Part shown: positions 18,919-29,308 of the stretch, piece by piece
Position numbering within the stretch: the first letter of the stretch is position 1
Layout of the letters: every line of letters begins with the position of its first letter
From: a virus
IMG/VR virus record: IMGVR_UViG_3300025117_001212
Reading direction: 5' to 3' (one strand)
Length of the DNA: 46,940 nucleotides
Translations under genes and position numbers: made by a program
The notes under the pieces: generated by a model
What the model was told of the DNA's origin: nothing
The model's database searches: none
The model's input: the letters and a program-made list of their open reading frames with translations, nothing else

Positions 18919-19644
18919 TCAAGTTTCTTTAATAAAACCAAATCTTACTTCAACTTCGATTTTTAGCTTACTTGCCTTCTTCCCAAGAGCTTTAGTTAAT
19001 TCTTCCGAAATAAAATCTGAATAACCTCCAGGGACCATTGATTTTTTAATCTGTTCAATTATATTTTTAGCTTCATAAGGTGTTTGCTTTTTTTCCGTTA
19101 TTATTTCTTTCTTATATTTCCATCTGCTTTCTATAACTTTTTGATTAATCATTTCGGCGTCATAGTTATCAGGAATTTCTATTTTATAGAATCTATTTCT
19201 TCTTTTTGGATTGTTATCGTCAACAACAATACGCCATGAAAAATTAAAAGCATTCATGATAGATAGGAAAGTTGTTCTTGCAGAATTTTCATTTTTTGGT
19301 TGAAGTTCTTTTTTAATAGTATCAAAAGAAATTTCTTTTCCTGAATTCTTTTTAACAATCCATGCAATATCATTAGCCATTGTACCAATTGATTTAGACA
19401 TTATGCCATACTCCTTTCGTATTTCTTCGTCAGTAAGTTTTTTTGAACTTATTAATTTCTTTTTATTTATATCATACTTTGGCTTTATGTGGTGAAAAAT
19501 AGATTTTTTTACTTTTAATCCAATGTCTCTTATCTCTTTTTCATATTCTATGGTTGCTTGATTCTTCTCCTTTTCTTCTAGATAATCCTCAAGTGGTTTG
19601 CCATCCACGAAAATCTTACATGCAGGAGGACTTATATTTTTCAT
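18919..19644 (-). CDS. Hypothetical protein (possible winged-helix DNA-binding)
   Basis: 241 aa basic ORF with GAGG RBS. Confidence 0.55.
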   Translation of the reverse strand: MKNISPPACKIFVDGKPLEDYLEEKEKNQATIEYEKEIRDIGLKVKKSIFHHIKPKYDINKKKLISSKKLTDEEIRKEYGIMSKSIGTMANDIAWIVKKNSGKEISFDTIKKELQPKNENSARTTFLSIMNAFNFSWRIVVDDNNPKRRNRFYKIEIPDNYDAEMINQKVIESRWKYKKEIITEKKQTPYEAKNIIEQIKKSMVPGGYSDFISEELTKALGKKASKLKIEVEVRFGFIKET

Positions 19645-19652
19645 TACAACCT

Positions 19653-20261
19653 CTACATCACAGGATTACCTCTGTTTATTACAAAATCTCTAAACATATC
19701 TTGTTCCCACTTAGCAAATTTATTTTCTCCTTTCAGATATATGAATAAGGTATCTAAAAACATTTTCAAACAAAAAGCATCACAAATATTGTTGTCTTCA
19801 AATGATTTTCCCCATTTCTTATAACACTCAAGCAGCATTAGTTCTTTTTTAGATGATCCTACCCCCTTTCCTTGTCCTAATACAAATTTCTTTAATGTTG
19901 TGGGTGCAATAACCATATAGGGTATTTTATGACGCCACAAGAGCCGTTTAATATTACCTCCTAATTCAGCCTCTTGTATAACTGTTTTTCCTGCAAATGC
20001 ATAGTCCTCTATAAGAGCTATTGCATTAGAATTATTTAATCTAATATATTGTTTTGCCTCAATTGTTATTTTATGAATTCTTTCAATGATCTGTTTTGAT
20101 TTATCATTTATTGAAAAATTATCTTCTCTAACTGAATAACCAGTATTAAAAGTTCCGAGATCTATACCTATTGATATTCTATGATCTTTTCTAAGTTTAA
20201 GTAATTTCTTTCTATTTCTATTAAATGTATCTTCTTTTTCTGTTTTAGTTAATCGTTTCAT
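19653..20261 (-). CDS. ruvC: RuvC-like Holliday junction resolvase
   Basis: IGIDLGTFNTG, IEDYAF, PTTLKKFV, DNNICDAF. Confidence 0.8.
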   Translation of the reverse strand: MKRLTKTEKEDTFNRNRKKLLKLRKDHRISIGIDLGTFNTGYSVREDNFSINDKSKQIIERIHKITIEAKQYIRLNNSNAIALIEDYAFAGKTVIQEAELGGNIKRLLWRHKIPYMVIAPTTLKKFVLGQGKGVGSSKKELMLLECYKKWGKSFEDNNICDAFCLKMFLDTLFIYLKGENKFAKWEQDMFRDFVINRGNPVM

Positions 20262-20263
20262 TA

Positions 20264-20557
20264 TTATAGTTTCCTTCCAAGATGTCTAAGTTTTCTAGCT
20301 AAGTATGGATATGATTTATTCATATTTCTTATTATATGATCAGCCATTTCAGGTTTCATTTTAATGTCTTCTGGTTTTAATTTTCCAAGTGCTAGTAGTT
20401 CATAACATTTATATCTAACCATAAATCTTGCACAATTAAGTTCATAAGCCATGTCTTCGTAAGACATTCCTTTTTGTCGCATGTCAGTAAATAACTGACT
20501 TGGTTCTCTGAATCCATACTTCCATGCTAATTTGTACCAATCAATTTTTATTGACAT
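20264..20557 (-). CDS. Small HTH-like protein
   Basis: GMSYEDMAYELNCARFMV helix-turn-helix pattern. Confidence 0.55.
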   Translation of the reverse strand: MSIKIDWYKLAWKYGFREPSQLFTDMRQKGMSYEDMAYELNCARFMVRYKCYELLALGKLKPEDIKMKPEMADHIIRNMNKSYPYLARKLRHLGRKL

Positions 20558-20560
20558 GGT

Positions 20561-21082
20561 TTATCCTAGAAATATAAAAGTTTGCTGAAAAGGATAATGG
20601 TAAACGAGGGCTTCATATACTTCATAAAAATTTGCATTATGCTTCGTAAAAGACAAATCTTCGAAGAAGATAGTTTTATAAAATCTATTAGGCCATGCAC
20701 TTTTAGAAATAAAACTATGAATTGTCTTAATATTATTATTCATTCCACAACTAAGATAATGTTTTTTGTAATTATGATTAGGAACAATGATCAATGTATC
20801 ATTGTTTATTTTTGATTTAATATATGTTGTTTTACCAGATTGTCTTCCAATATTACATTCTATGGTACAAAAAGACATTGCAATTTCTATAAGACCCATG
20901 TTAGTATATGGTTGTTTATTAAATAACTCCCTTCTATTAAGGTTTAATTCTATAAGACCATCAATTAAATTATGATAGTCACGATAGCTTTTAAGTTCGT
21001 TGTATTTGTTCATTATCTTTAAATTTACAGCCAGGGTGATGATATTGACCTTTGTAAACTTTACATCCAGGACATTTATCAA
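20561..21082 (-). CDS. Small P-loop protein
   Basis: GRQSGKTT Walker A-like; start uncertain. Confidence 0.55.
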   Translation of the reverse strand: MINVLDVKFTKVNIITLAVNLKIMNKYNELKSYRDYHNLIDGLIELNLNRRELFNKQPYTNMGLIEIAMSFCTIECNIGRQSGKTTYIKSKINNDTLIIVPNHNYKKHYLSCGMNNNIKTIHSFISKSAWPNRFYKTIFFEDLSFTKHNANFYEVYEALVYHYPFQQTFIFLG

Positions 21083-21185
21083 AAGTTAAATTTTGTCTAC
21101 CAAAGTTTGAAATATTACTTTCTTCAATTATTTCATTTTCTTCAACATCTTCAAATAACTCTAATTGATTTTTCACATCTGCCAT
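20991..21185 (-). CDS. Small hypothetical protein with CxxC...HHPGC
   Basis: GAGGA RBS; metal-binding-like motif. Confidence 0.55.
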   Translation of the reverse strand: MADVKNQLELFEDVEENEIIEESNISNFGRQNLTFDKCPGCKVYKGQYHHPGCKFKDNEQIQRT

Positions 21186-21342
21186 CTTTATTCCTCACGA
21201 ATTATTCTAATTATTAATATAATAGATATTCCTAAAATTACAGGCCATATTTTAAATAGAAGTATGAAATCGTCTGCAATTGCTAATTTTAAAACGTCAT
21301 ACCATGAAAGTTTCCATATTTCTTCTATGATCTGGTCTACTG

Positions 21343-21978
21343 TCATATTGAACGATACTCCCACCATACAATATTATGATTTTTTACTCCGGTAAGATCT
21401 TTAAACCATGTCCATTCAAGGATAGCTTTTTCTTTAAACATCAGAGCTCTTACAAATACTTCAAATAATTCAGGCTTCATATCTATCGCTTTTGTAACAC
21501 TATTAGTTATAGAAATATTAGCATCTCTAACCATTGCCCGTATAGGTTTTTCACAATATTCGATTGTGAAACTTATTGCACGCCCTATTGGATTTCTTTC
21601 AATGAAAATATTCCCAGCTAATCGCCCATTATCAGGAACTTCAGCATCTACAAGGCATATATAATTTCTAGAATATTTTCTAACTTCATTCTCAAGATTA
21701 TCTAATTTTATATCGCAAATATGTGGTTGACTAAATGTTTCAGAACCATCATTAAAATATCTATATGTTCTAATATTGAATATCTTATTTTTAAAGTTTT
21801 TTCGTTCAATATTGGTTGCTGTTTTAGTAGCCCATTTCATCAATTCAATAATTTGTTCTTGGTTTGGATTAACGGGTATTGGAAACATTAGTGGAGTATT
21901 GAATCCTAATTCTTTTAATTTTTCAATTCTAACTAATTTTTCACTTAGTTCTTTGACTAATACTATTCCCATTGACAC
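21343..21978 (-). CDS. Hypothetical protein
   Basis: 211 aa ORF, GAGGTG RBS near the second Met. Confidence 0.6.
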   Translation of the reverse strand: MSMGIVLVKELSEKLVRIEKLKELGFNTPLMFPIPVNPNQEQIIELMKWATKTATNIERKNFKNKIFNIRTYRYFNDGSETFSQPHICDIKLDNLENEVRKYSRNYICLVDAEVPDNGRLAGNIFIERNPIGRAISFTIEYCEKPIRAMVRDANISITNSVTKAIDMKPELFEVFVRALMFKEKAILEWTWFKDLTGVKNHNIVWWEYRSI

Positions 21979-22150
21979 ACCTCACGATCTTATCAATTAA
22001 CTGGTTTCTATATTCTTCAGGAGGATTATAAAAATCAATGTCATCATGTTTGCATGAGTAATAAATACTTTGAAGTAATCTGAAATTTGATGTTTGCCAA
22101 ATCTTAGTAACTGATCCTTTTCCCTGATTAATTAGATCCATCATAAATAA

Positions 22151-24091
22151 TTATCCCTCTAAATGGAATGTACTAATGCCGTCTTTTAGTTTAATCATAG
22201 CTCTGTTTGGAAACAGATCTTTGATGTGTTCAGAATGTGAGATTACTATGAATCTTTTATTGTTGTTTGATTCTTCATCAAGCAAATCTCGTATTTTAAT
22301 GATTCCGACTTTATCAATGCCATCAAATAATTCATCTAAGAATATTTCACTTATTAAGTTTGATTCTAAATTCATTAGCGCAAATGATGATATTATTTCA
22401 ATTCTTTTCTTTTGGCCCTTTGACCATTCTTTAAATGGCAGATTTTCTTTGTGAGCATCAGATATGTCAAGTTCAAATATATTTCTTATCTTCTGATTGC
22501 CTTGGGTTTTTTCAGTTAGTAATTTAACATCAATGATTCCATCAGTTAGAACATTAGAAACATCTCTCATATGCTTATTGAGTTCAGCAACAGTCGATTT
22601 TAAAGCGAATGCTTGGATTGCTTCTTTGCCATATCCTTCATGCCATGCTAAATTGTATCTGAGTTTCTTTTGTAACGATTTAACTTCTTCTTTTAGTTCA
22701 TCAATAGTTTTTTCAATTTCTTTTTTTTCTTTTCTAACTGTGTTACTTCTTTCTATATGAACATTTTTTGCATTTTTTATTTCATCAATCCTTTTTTGAA
22801 GTTTACTAAAATCTTGTTTATACATGAGTGCTTTAGTATCCGCTAACGATTTTAGTTTTTCAATACCGTACTCTATGGATGATATTTGATTTTCTATTCT
22901 TTTATTTTCGGCAACAATTACCTCTATATCTTTTAATTTTTGAATTATTATGTTTTTATCATCACAAAGTTGTCTATAATCTTCATTTCTTTTCTTTAAA
23001 TCATTTGTTAATGATATTGTTTCAGTTTTAAGTTTAGAAATTAGTTTATTTATGTTATCATTAGATATTAACGATCCACACTCATCGCATGTTTCTCCAG
23101 TATTTTTTCTATTTCTTTGTAGGTTATTAATTCTGTCTTGTAATGAATTTATATTATTTTGTAGATGAATTGTATTTGCTTTACATATCATTAATTGACT
23201 GTTTATTTTATCACATTCATCTTTTAATTTGTTCAATTTCTTAACAGGTTTAATTTTAGATCTTAGATTTTTAATTAAATTCTTCTGGGATTTTATTGAT
23301 TCTTTTCTATCAGATTCTAGTGATTTTATTTTCTCCTTTATTTCTTTTAATTCTTTGATAAGTTTGGCAATTGTTTCTAATTTATCTTTTGCAAATATTT
23401 TACTTTGCCTTTTTTGTTCTTTAATCTCAGATTTCATCCTAGAAGTTAGAATTAAATGCTTTTCTAATTCATGATTAAGTTCATTAATGCCTTGCTTTCC
23501 TTCTTCTACTTTTGATTTTGCAATATCAACACATTTTGAAAATATATCTAATCCTTTAAGTTGTGATAATAGTTCTTTTCTATCTTTATCACCTAAGTAA
23601 ATAAATTTGCTTCTGACGTCATTACTCTCAAAAATAGATGTATTCAAAACTCTTTTATATGATAATCCTAACTTTGATAATATCCAAGTTGTCATATCAG
23701 TTTGTGTTGATTTTATGTTCTTAAGTTTGCCATTCTTTGCAAAGAGAACCGCATTTCCGTGCTCAGGATGTTTTCTATGTCTAGTAATTGTGTAATCATG
23801 AACCCCGTTAGTGAGTTCAATTTCCGTCATCATTGATTCGCCAAACTTACCAATTAGTTGATCTTTATTAGAATTCTTAGTGGTCTTATCAAATAGTGTG
23901 TAAACTACTGCGTCATAAATAATACTCTTACCAGCTCCGTTGTCAGATGCAAATGCTTGATCATCGTAGTTCTTTCCATACATCAATAATATGTTAGATT
24001 TTGAAAATGCCTTGTCAAAATCTATTGTGGTATCTTTGTAAGATATATAATTAACCATTCTCAACTTTTTGAGAGTCAACATGACAAACAC
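22151..24091 (-). CDS. sbcC: SbcC/Rad50/gp46-like recombination ATPase
   Basis: NGAGKS Walker A, coiled coil with CDECG zinc hook, WSKGQKKR signature, FLDELFDGID, ISH. Confidence 0.9.
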   Translation of the reverse strand: MFVMLTLKKLRMVNYISYKDTTIDFDKAFSKSNILLMYGKNYDDQAFASDNGAGKSIIYDAVVYTLFDKTTKNSNKDQLIGKFGESMMTEIELTNGVHDYTITRHRKHPEHGNAVLFAKNGKLKNIKSTQTDMTTWILSKLGLSYKRVLNTSIFESNDVRSKFIYLGDKDRKELLSQLKGLDIFSKCVDIAKSKVEEGKQGINELNHELEKHLILTSRMKSEIKEQKRQSKIFAKDKLETIAKLIKELKEIKEKIKSLESDRKESIKSQKNLIKNLRSKIKPVKKLNKLKDECDKINSQLMICKANTIHLQNNINSLQDRINNLQRNRKNTGETCDECGSLISNDNINKLISKLKTETISLTNDLKKRNEDYRQLCDDKNIIIQKLKDIEVIVAENKRIENQISSIEYGIEKLKSLADTKALMYKQDFSKLQKRIDEIKNAKNVHIERSNTVRKEKKEIEKTIDELKEEVKSLQKKLRYNLAWHEGYGKEAIQAFALKSTVAELNKHMRDVSNVLTDGIIDVKLLTEKTQGNQKIRNIFELDISDAHKENLPFKEWSKGQKKRIEIISSFALMNLESNLISEIFLDELFDGIDKVGIIKIRDLLDEESNNNKRFIVISHSEHIKDLFPNRAMIKLKDGISTFHLEG

Positions 24092-24450
24092 CTAGCTTTT
24101 TCTTTAGGAAACATTCTACAATATGATGGTCTTATTCTAAGAGAAACACCCACTCTTCCAAATTTTTCAAAGTATTTTTCTATTAACCTCCATATTAGTT
24201 TGGTTATCTGTTTTCTATTTTCAAATACAAGTGAAATAGATCCTTCGCTATCGTAACAAATAGTTGTTTTACAGTCAAAGTCCATTGTCCCTCCCTCATG
24301 CGATTGTGCCAGCTATAAATATCATTATCAACAATAGAAAAATGCATTTAATTAGTTGAGTCGGAGTCGTGTTATGAGTAAAAGATAAAATTGACATTAA
24401 TAGTGTGTTTATAGACATGAATAGAATCATATCTGAAATTAATTTTATGT

Positions 24451-24654
24451 TCATTTTATTATTTTAACTTCAAATCGTAACCAAAATCGCGATTGATATT
24501 CTTGAGTAATTATTTTAGGCCCAAAGGCTTCTCCTATAACAATTTCTTTAATGGTTAATATATGTCCAAGATGTACATTGCCATACATGCCATCTTCAAT
24601 TATCTTGATTTTAGTTCCAGGTTTATATAATTTATTGAATGTATACTTATTCAT
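24451..24654 (-). CDS. Small protein of the MNxYT..K.Y..G family
   Basis: N-terminus shared with three ORFs at 31363-32023; ATGA overlap with the upstream gene. Confidence 0.6.
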   Translation of the reverse strand: MNKYTFNKLYKPGTKIKIIEDGMYGNVHLGHILTIKEIVIGEAFGPKIITQEYQSRFWLRFEVKIIK

Positions 24655-25808
24655 TTCATACTCTTAGCATCAGTTAAAATTTTCATGCCTACTCTTTCAA
24701 CCTTTTTCCTTTTAAGTTCTTTTTCCCTTGCCAAGATTCTACTAAAGTTTGATACTATGGCTTCTGTTGTAACATCTTCTTCATTAATAATCATATCTTC
24801 TTCATCATCTGTGATCGTATTAAATGTTTCATTTTTAAAAGATACATGCCTTGCCCCTAGTTCCATTAATTTTTTATGTGTTTCCCGTTCATTTGTTTTT
24901 TGGCTTTTATCTGTGAATGTGATTTTAACAATATTTCCAGGAACCTTATCTTCATTTATATTATCAAAATCCATGTAGATGAACTTAGGTGCCTTAGGAA
25001 TTACAAAGTATCTTTTATCTTTATTCAAATCTATTATGTGAAATCCATGATCTATACTCCTTTCCCCAAAATTAAGTGGTATTGGTGATGAGGTATAAAA
25101 TCCTAGACCATTACAGATTTCTTGGTATTTATGGATATCGCTTGCCACAATCAAACTAAATATATCTTTCATTTTACCTTTGGTAAATAATTTTTGACTT
25201 AATCCAGATTTAGCTTTTCTTTTTCCAAATTTAGAATTTCTAAAGATATTGTGAACAAATAAGATATTCTTTTTGTTCTGATTTTTTAGATCTTTTTTGA
25301 GATTAAGTATTTGAATTCTATTTTGGGTTTCATTGTCATAAGGAATAACAACTGCATTGAAATCATTCATGTCAATTATACTTGGGGCTGATATAATCTT
25401 ATGGTTTTCGTTGCCAGCAAATCTAAAAAGAGGTGATAACACTGAAGATTTGCCTTCGAGATCGTGGTTTCCTAAATTTATTACTACACGTACATCTTTA
25501 TATAATTCAAAAGTAATAGCCAATGTTGATAGCACTGCATAATCAAGAGTCTTCTGTAGTAATAAATCTCCATTAATAAATACTGGTAATTTGAATTCAG
25601 CACCAGCTCCTAATGCAAGATCTAAAACTGTTGCGATATCTATTAGTCTATCTGAAATTATACTTGCTGATGAATTGTATGGATAATCGTTGAAGAGATG
25701 AACATCACCAATAGCTATGAAACCTGATTTAACTTTCAGATTTCCTAGCTTTTTTTCTCTTATCCTTATCACTTCCATCTTCTTCCTCCCTAGCCATCCT
25801 TCTTTCAA
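24651..25808 (-). CDS. sbcD: SbcD/Mre11/gp47-like metallophosphoesterase nuclease
   Basis: GDVH, NGDL, GNHD, FVH, SDIH motifs; near the SbcC-like gene; start probably the second Met. Confidence 0.85.
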   Translation of the reverse strand: MKEGWLGRKKMEVIRIREKKLGNLKVKSGFIAIGDVHLFNDYPYNSSASIISDRLIDIATVLDLALGAGAEFKLPVFINGDLLLQKTLDYAVLSTLAITFELYKDVRVVINLGNHDLEGKSSVLSPLFRFAGNENHKIISAPSIIDMNDFNAVVIPYDNETQNRIQILNLKKDLKNQNKKNILFVHNIFRNSKFGKRKAKSGLSQKLFTKGKMKDIFSLIVASDIHKYQEICNGLGFYTSSPIPLNFGERSIDHGFHIIDLNKDKRYFVIPKAPKFIYMDFDNINEDKVPGNIVKITFTDKSQKTNERETHKKLMELGARHVSFKNETFNTITDDEEDMIINEEDVTTEAIVSNFSRILAREKELKRKKVERVGMKILTDAKSMK

Positions 25809-26877
25809 TATATCTATCTAATCGTTTATTGAATTTTTCACTTTTGAGATGTTCATCAAGCTTCTTAATAAAGTTGGTTTCGCCCACTCCTGTTACTTGA
25901 TATTTTTTAAAAGACAAAGAATATGTGTTGCCTTGATGCTTGACTAGTTTATGATTCTTTAGGAAGTTAAAAATTGATCTTGCAGGGTCTATCCCTATTC
26001 CGAATATAATTGGCACCTTAACTGTTTTATAAGGCACCATGACTTTATTTTTGATAGTCTTTACATTTGTTTCGATCCCTATAGGATCACCATCTTTAGT
26101 TGGCTTAATAAAACTATCACGCCAAATATCAAGCCTTAGAGATGCATGAAACTTTAATGCAGCTCCACCTATTTCGGTATTTGCATTACCATATCTTACT
26201 CTTGTATCAGTCTTAGTTTGATTAGTACAAACTAGAATAACTTGTTCTCTAGCTATACGTTTACTTATTCCCCTGAAGAATCTAGATAGTCTTCTGGCAT
26301 GTAATCCTTGTGCTTGCTCATCCTCGTTACTGGATGCTTCCCATTCTACTTTAGGAGGGACACCGGCTATTGAATCAAGTACTTGAATCATTGGAACATC
26401 AAATTCTTTGCCTGTTTCTGCTTTATATTCTTCTTTTACAAGTTTAAACATCTCAATATTATTTGATATGATGTCAAGTGCCTGTTCAAGATAATCTGGC
26501 TGCGATATAATAAGTTCATCTAAATTGAGGCCAAGTTGCTCAGCATATACAGGATCAAAAGCATTTTCGGTTTCAATGATGGTTGCCATTCCTCCCATTT
26601 CTTGTACACTTTTCATGAATGAGATAGCGAGAGTTGTTTTCCCAGAAGCTTCTTTACCAGAGATACCTATTATTCTACCAACCGGAAGACCAAATTTGCC
26701 ATTAATATCTTTTGCAAGTATTCTATCTAAATCTAATGATCCAGTAGGAATGGTTTTCCTAACAGTTGACGTAACATTAGAAGATGATAGCAATACTGCA
26801 GAATCAGCACCAAATTTCTTGGTACTGCTCTTCATAATACTATCAATTAGTTTTTCCCTAACTAGCGATTTTTTCAT
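25729..26877 (-). CDS. recA: RecA/UvsX recombinase
   Basis: IPTGSLDLD, GLPVGRII, GKEASGKTT, ISQPD, DSIA, GGAALKFHASLRLD, KNKV. Confidence 0.95.
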   Translation of the reverse strand: MKKSLVREKLIDSIMKSSTKKFGADSAVLLSSSNVTSTVRKTIPTGSLDLDRILAKDINGKFGLPVGRIIGISGKEASGKTTLAISFMKSVQEMGGMATIIETENAFDPVYAEQLGLNLDELIISQPDYLEQALDIISNNIEMFKLVKEEYKAETGKEFDVPMIQVLDSIAGVPPKVEWEASSNEDEQAQGLHARRLSRFFRGISKRIAREQVILVCTNQTKTDTRVRYGNANTEIGGAALKFHASLRLDIWRDSFIKPTKDGDPIGIETNVKTIKNKVMVPYKTVKVPIIFGIGIDPARSIFNFLKNHKLVKHQGNTYSLSFKKYQVTGVGETNFIKKLDEHLKSEKFNKRLDRYIERRMAREEEDGSDKDKRKKARKSES

Positions 26878-26904
26878 CTATTCCTCACGATCTATTCCTC
26901 ACGA
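26877..26904 (-). repeat. 14-nt tandem duplication of the recA RBS
   Basis: tctattcctcacga x2. Confidence 0.8.
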
Positions 26905-26919
26905 GTGCTTGAGCCCAAT

Positions 26920-26989
26920 TGCCGGAGGCGGGATTCGAACCAGCGACCTCCTCTCGAGCGGTGCTCCTGCCAGACTGAGCTACTCCGGC
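26920..26989 (-). tRNA. tRNA-like RNA with a truncated anticodon arm (no assignable anticodon)
   Basis: GCCGGAG/CTCCGGC acceptor stem, TAGCTCAG.CTGGCAGGAGC D-arm, GGTTCGAATCC T-loop; only 12 nt where 17 are expected. Confidence 0.7.
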
Positions 26990-26998
26990 AATATAGTT

Positions 26999-28375
26999 TT
27001 ACTTCTTTCTTGCTTTGCCTCTAAGTTTCTTTTTTAGATCTTCACCCTTCTTCTTATTGGTTTTCTTTTTCTTGTCATCATCATTGTCATTATTGTTATC
27101 ATCATTATTATCATCATTATTATCGTTATCATCATTATTGTCGTCATTATCGTTATCATTGTCATTATTATCATCATTATCATTGTCGTTATCATTATTA
27201 TCATTTTTACTTTTTAGTTCTTCTTCAATGGCTTTTCTAATATCGTCATCATCCATTTTCTTTGTTACTTTAATATCTAACTCATTTTCTTTAATGAATT
27301 GCTTTAATTCTTTTTTGCTCATAGAAGCAAGTGCATCTTCATCATCGTCATTGTCATCGTCATTATCATTATTGTCGTTATCATTGTCATTATCTTTCTT
27401 TTTATTCTTTGATTTCTTCTTATCCTTTTTCTTTTTACTCTTTTTACTATCATCATTGTTATCATCATCATTGTCATTATCGTTTGATTCTTTTTCTATA
27501 GCTTTTTCTTCTTTACAGATATCAGCATATTCACACTTCTTGCATTTCTTTTTATTTTCTTCACCATATTCACCGTAGCAAGAAGGCATATCTACATCTT
27601 CGCTTTTGCCATACCAGGACTCTTCAGTTTCCTGGGGAGTGGCTGGCCTTACAACTTCACACAAGTCAATGAAATTTTCGCTAATGAACTTTCTCATTTT
27701 CTTTGGTACAGTCCATGCCAGATCTTCATCACAATATATTGTATATGAAGTTCCAAACCCTTCACCTTTTCTTTTTATTCTAATATTTCTGCCTTCTTTA
27801 AGATCACTAATATCTATACCACCAGCGGCACAAGTAGCTACGTCATCAATTCTTTGACCACTAAGATTTCCTATCTGAACTCCTCTAGAACAAGATTGAT
27901 TCCATGAACATTTGAGGCATTTACCTACAAAGTCTCCTTCTTCATCTATTTTAACCTCACCCCAACAATCAGGTGGAGGATTATCTGCAACAAATTCATC
28001 TTTTTTCTTCTTAGTGTAAAGAGGAGTTACATCAATCATTTGGAAGGCATAGCCAGAAGATACTTTTCGCTTATCAGCTATTTCTCTTATTTTCTTTTTA
28101 GGTGAGTTAAGATCCTTACTAACTTGCTTACATACGAAGCATGTTTTAGGGTTAAAGGTACATCCTCCCACTCCTTTCATAGAATCAGTTAAACTGAAAT
28201 GTTTCTTAGAAGGCATCCATGGAAAATCTTGGCCCTCTACAGGAGGAAGCATTCTAACGAAATTATTGCCTTTTTGATATTTAAAATATTTTGCAAAATT
28301 TCCTCTTTGATTTGAGAAAGTTTCTGTTTTAACTTTCTCAACATTCATTTTTCCCATCTTTGCTGCCATACTCAT
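26999..28375 (-). CDS. Putative single-stranded DNA-binding protein (gp32-like) with Asp/Asn/Lys low-complexity tail
   Basis: GNNFVRMLPP, HF, C..C..C, EGRNIRIKRKGEG..TSY; next to recA. Confidence 0.6.
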   Translation of the reverse strand: MSMAAKMGKMNVEKVKTETFSNQRGNFAKYFKYQKGNNFVRMLPPVEGQDFPWMPSKKHFSLTDSMKGVGGCTFNPKTCFVCKQVSKDLNSPKKKIREIADKRKVSSGYAFQMIDVTPLYTKKKKDEFVADNPPPDCWGEVKIDEEGDFVGKCLKCSWNQSCSRGVQIGNLSGQRIDDVATCAAGGIDISDLKEGRNIRIKRKGEGFGTSYTIYCDEDLAWTVPKKMRKFISENFIDLCEVVRPATPQETEESWYGKSEDVDMPSCYGEYGEENKKKCKKCEYADICKEEKAIEKESNDNDNDDDNNDDSKKSKKKKDKKKSKNKKKDNDNDNDNNDNDDDNDDDEDALASMSKKELKQFIKENELDIKVTKKMDDDDIRKAIEEELKSKNDNNDNDNDNDDNNDNDNDNDDNNDDNDNNDDNNDDNNNDNDDDKKKKTNKKKGEDLKKKLRGKARKK

Positions 28376-28881
28376 CTCCTATTCTTCAATTTTGACTTAA
28401 AGCTATTTCTAACTTCTTCACTATCCCTTACATTGAAATCACTAAGTTGTCTATCCCTATTCTTTATTCTTGCATTGAGATTAAGTCCTTTCATCCAGAT
28501 TCCCTTACCAGCCCCATAAATTAATTGATTACCAAGTTTTTTATATTTTGATATTTGAATTTTAGTTCTCATTCTATGTGCGCTTGATTCTATTTTTCTT
28601 CTAGCATCATTGTCAGTATACTTTTTCTTTTTAGATGATTTAAGTTTACGCCATTTATCTCCTTCCCATTTTTCAAGTTGTATTGATAATATTTCTGCTT
28701 TATCTATAAACTCTTGCCCTAATACAGAATAGAAGGTAAACATTATATGTGATTTATCTAAATCTTCATCAATATCTTCACCAACAATTAAATCTTCGTA
28801 TAAGAAAAGTTCTTCTGTTGCCCCATCAATATCCAGCTCTAGTGTAAGAACTTTTTTGAGCAGCTTTTTATCAGTTGTCAT
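28372..28881 (-). CDS. Hypothetical helical protein (possible UvsY-like mediator)
   Basis: Position next to ssb-like/recA; K.YTD pattern; weak. Confidence 0.45.
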   Translation of the reverse strand: MTTDKKLLKKVLTLELDIDGATEELFLYEDLIVGEDIDEDLDKSHIMFTFYSVLGQEFIDKAEILSIQLEKWEGDKWRKLKSSKKKKYTDNDARRKIESSAHRMRTKIQISKYKKLGNQLIYGAGKGIWMKGLNLNARIKNRDRQLSDFNVRDSEEVRNSFKSKLKNRR

Positions 28882-28908
28882 GAGAATTACCTAAGAAGTG
28901 AAGATGAA

Positions 28909-28939
28909 GGTAGTGTAGGAAAAGAAACCCTACACTACC
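28909..28939 (-). terminator. Hairpin downstream of the HU gene
   Basis: ggtagtgtagg/cctacactacc 11-bp perfect stem followed by a pyrimidine-rich run on the minus strand. Confidence 0.6.
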
Positions 28940-28947
28940 ATTGCGAA

Positions 28948-29295
28948 CTATTTCTTTGCTTTCTTTGAAGCTTTTTTGGTTTTTGTTTCAGCAGGAGTTT
29001 TAATTTCGAGTAGAGATTTTTGAACCAACGAAGAAGTCTTGAATTTTAGAACGTAGTGGGTAGGAACATTAATAGTTCCTCCTGTCTTAGGATTTCTTGC
29101 AACTCTTGCTGGCTTAAGAAGAATTCTGAATGCTCCTACCTTTGGAATTACCAAATGGAAATCTTTTGGATTCTTAATTGCAAGTTCTGTAAGACTTTCA
29201 AATCCAGTCCTTACAACATCAATAAGGTCAGGCATTGGAATTTCTTCGTATCCTTTTTCTTCTTTCATATACTTTGCTATTTCTTGAACGTTCAT
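28948..29295 (-). CDS. hup: HU/IHF-family DNA-binding protein
   Basis: VGAF...ARVARNPKTGGTINVP..LKFK. Confidence 0.9.
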   Translation of the reverse strand: MNVQEIAKYMKEEKGYEEIPMPDLIDVVRTGFESLTELAIKNPKDFHLVIPKVGAFRILLKPARVARNPKTGGTINVPTHYVLKFKTSSLVQKSLLEIKTPAETKTKKASKKAKK

Positions 29296-29308
29296 AAATT
29301 CTCCTTGT

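Noticed and set aside
21190-26904. Recurring TCGTGAGG motif as a regulatory site
   Set aside because: Always at RBS distance from a start codon; best explained as Shine-Dalgarno context
27015-27578. Ser/Leu-rich + strand ORF
   Set aside because: Antisense of the Asp/Asn/Lys tract of the SSB-like gene
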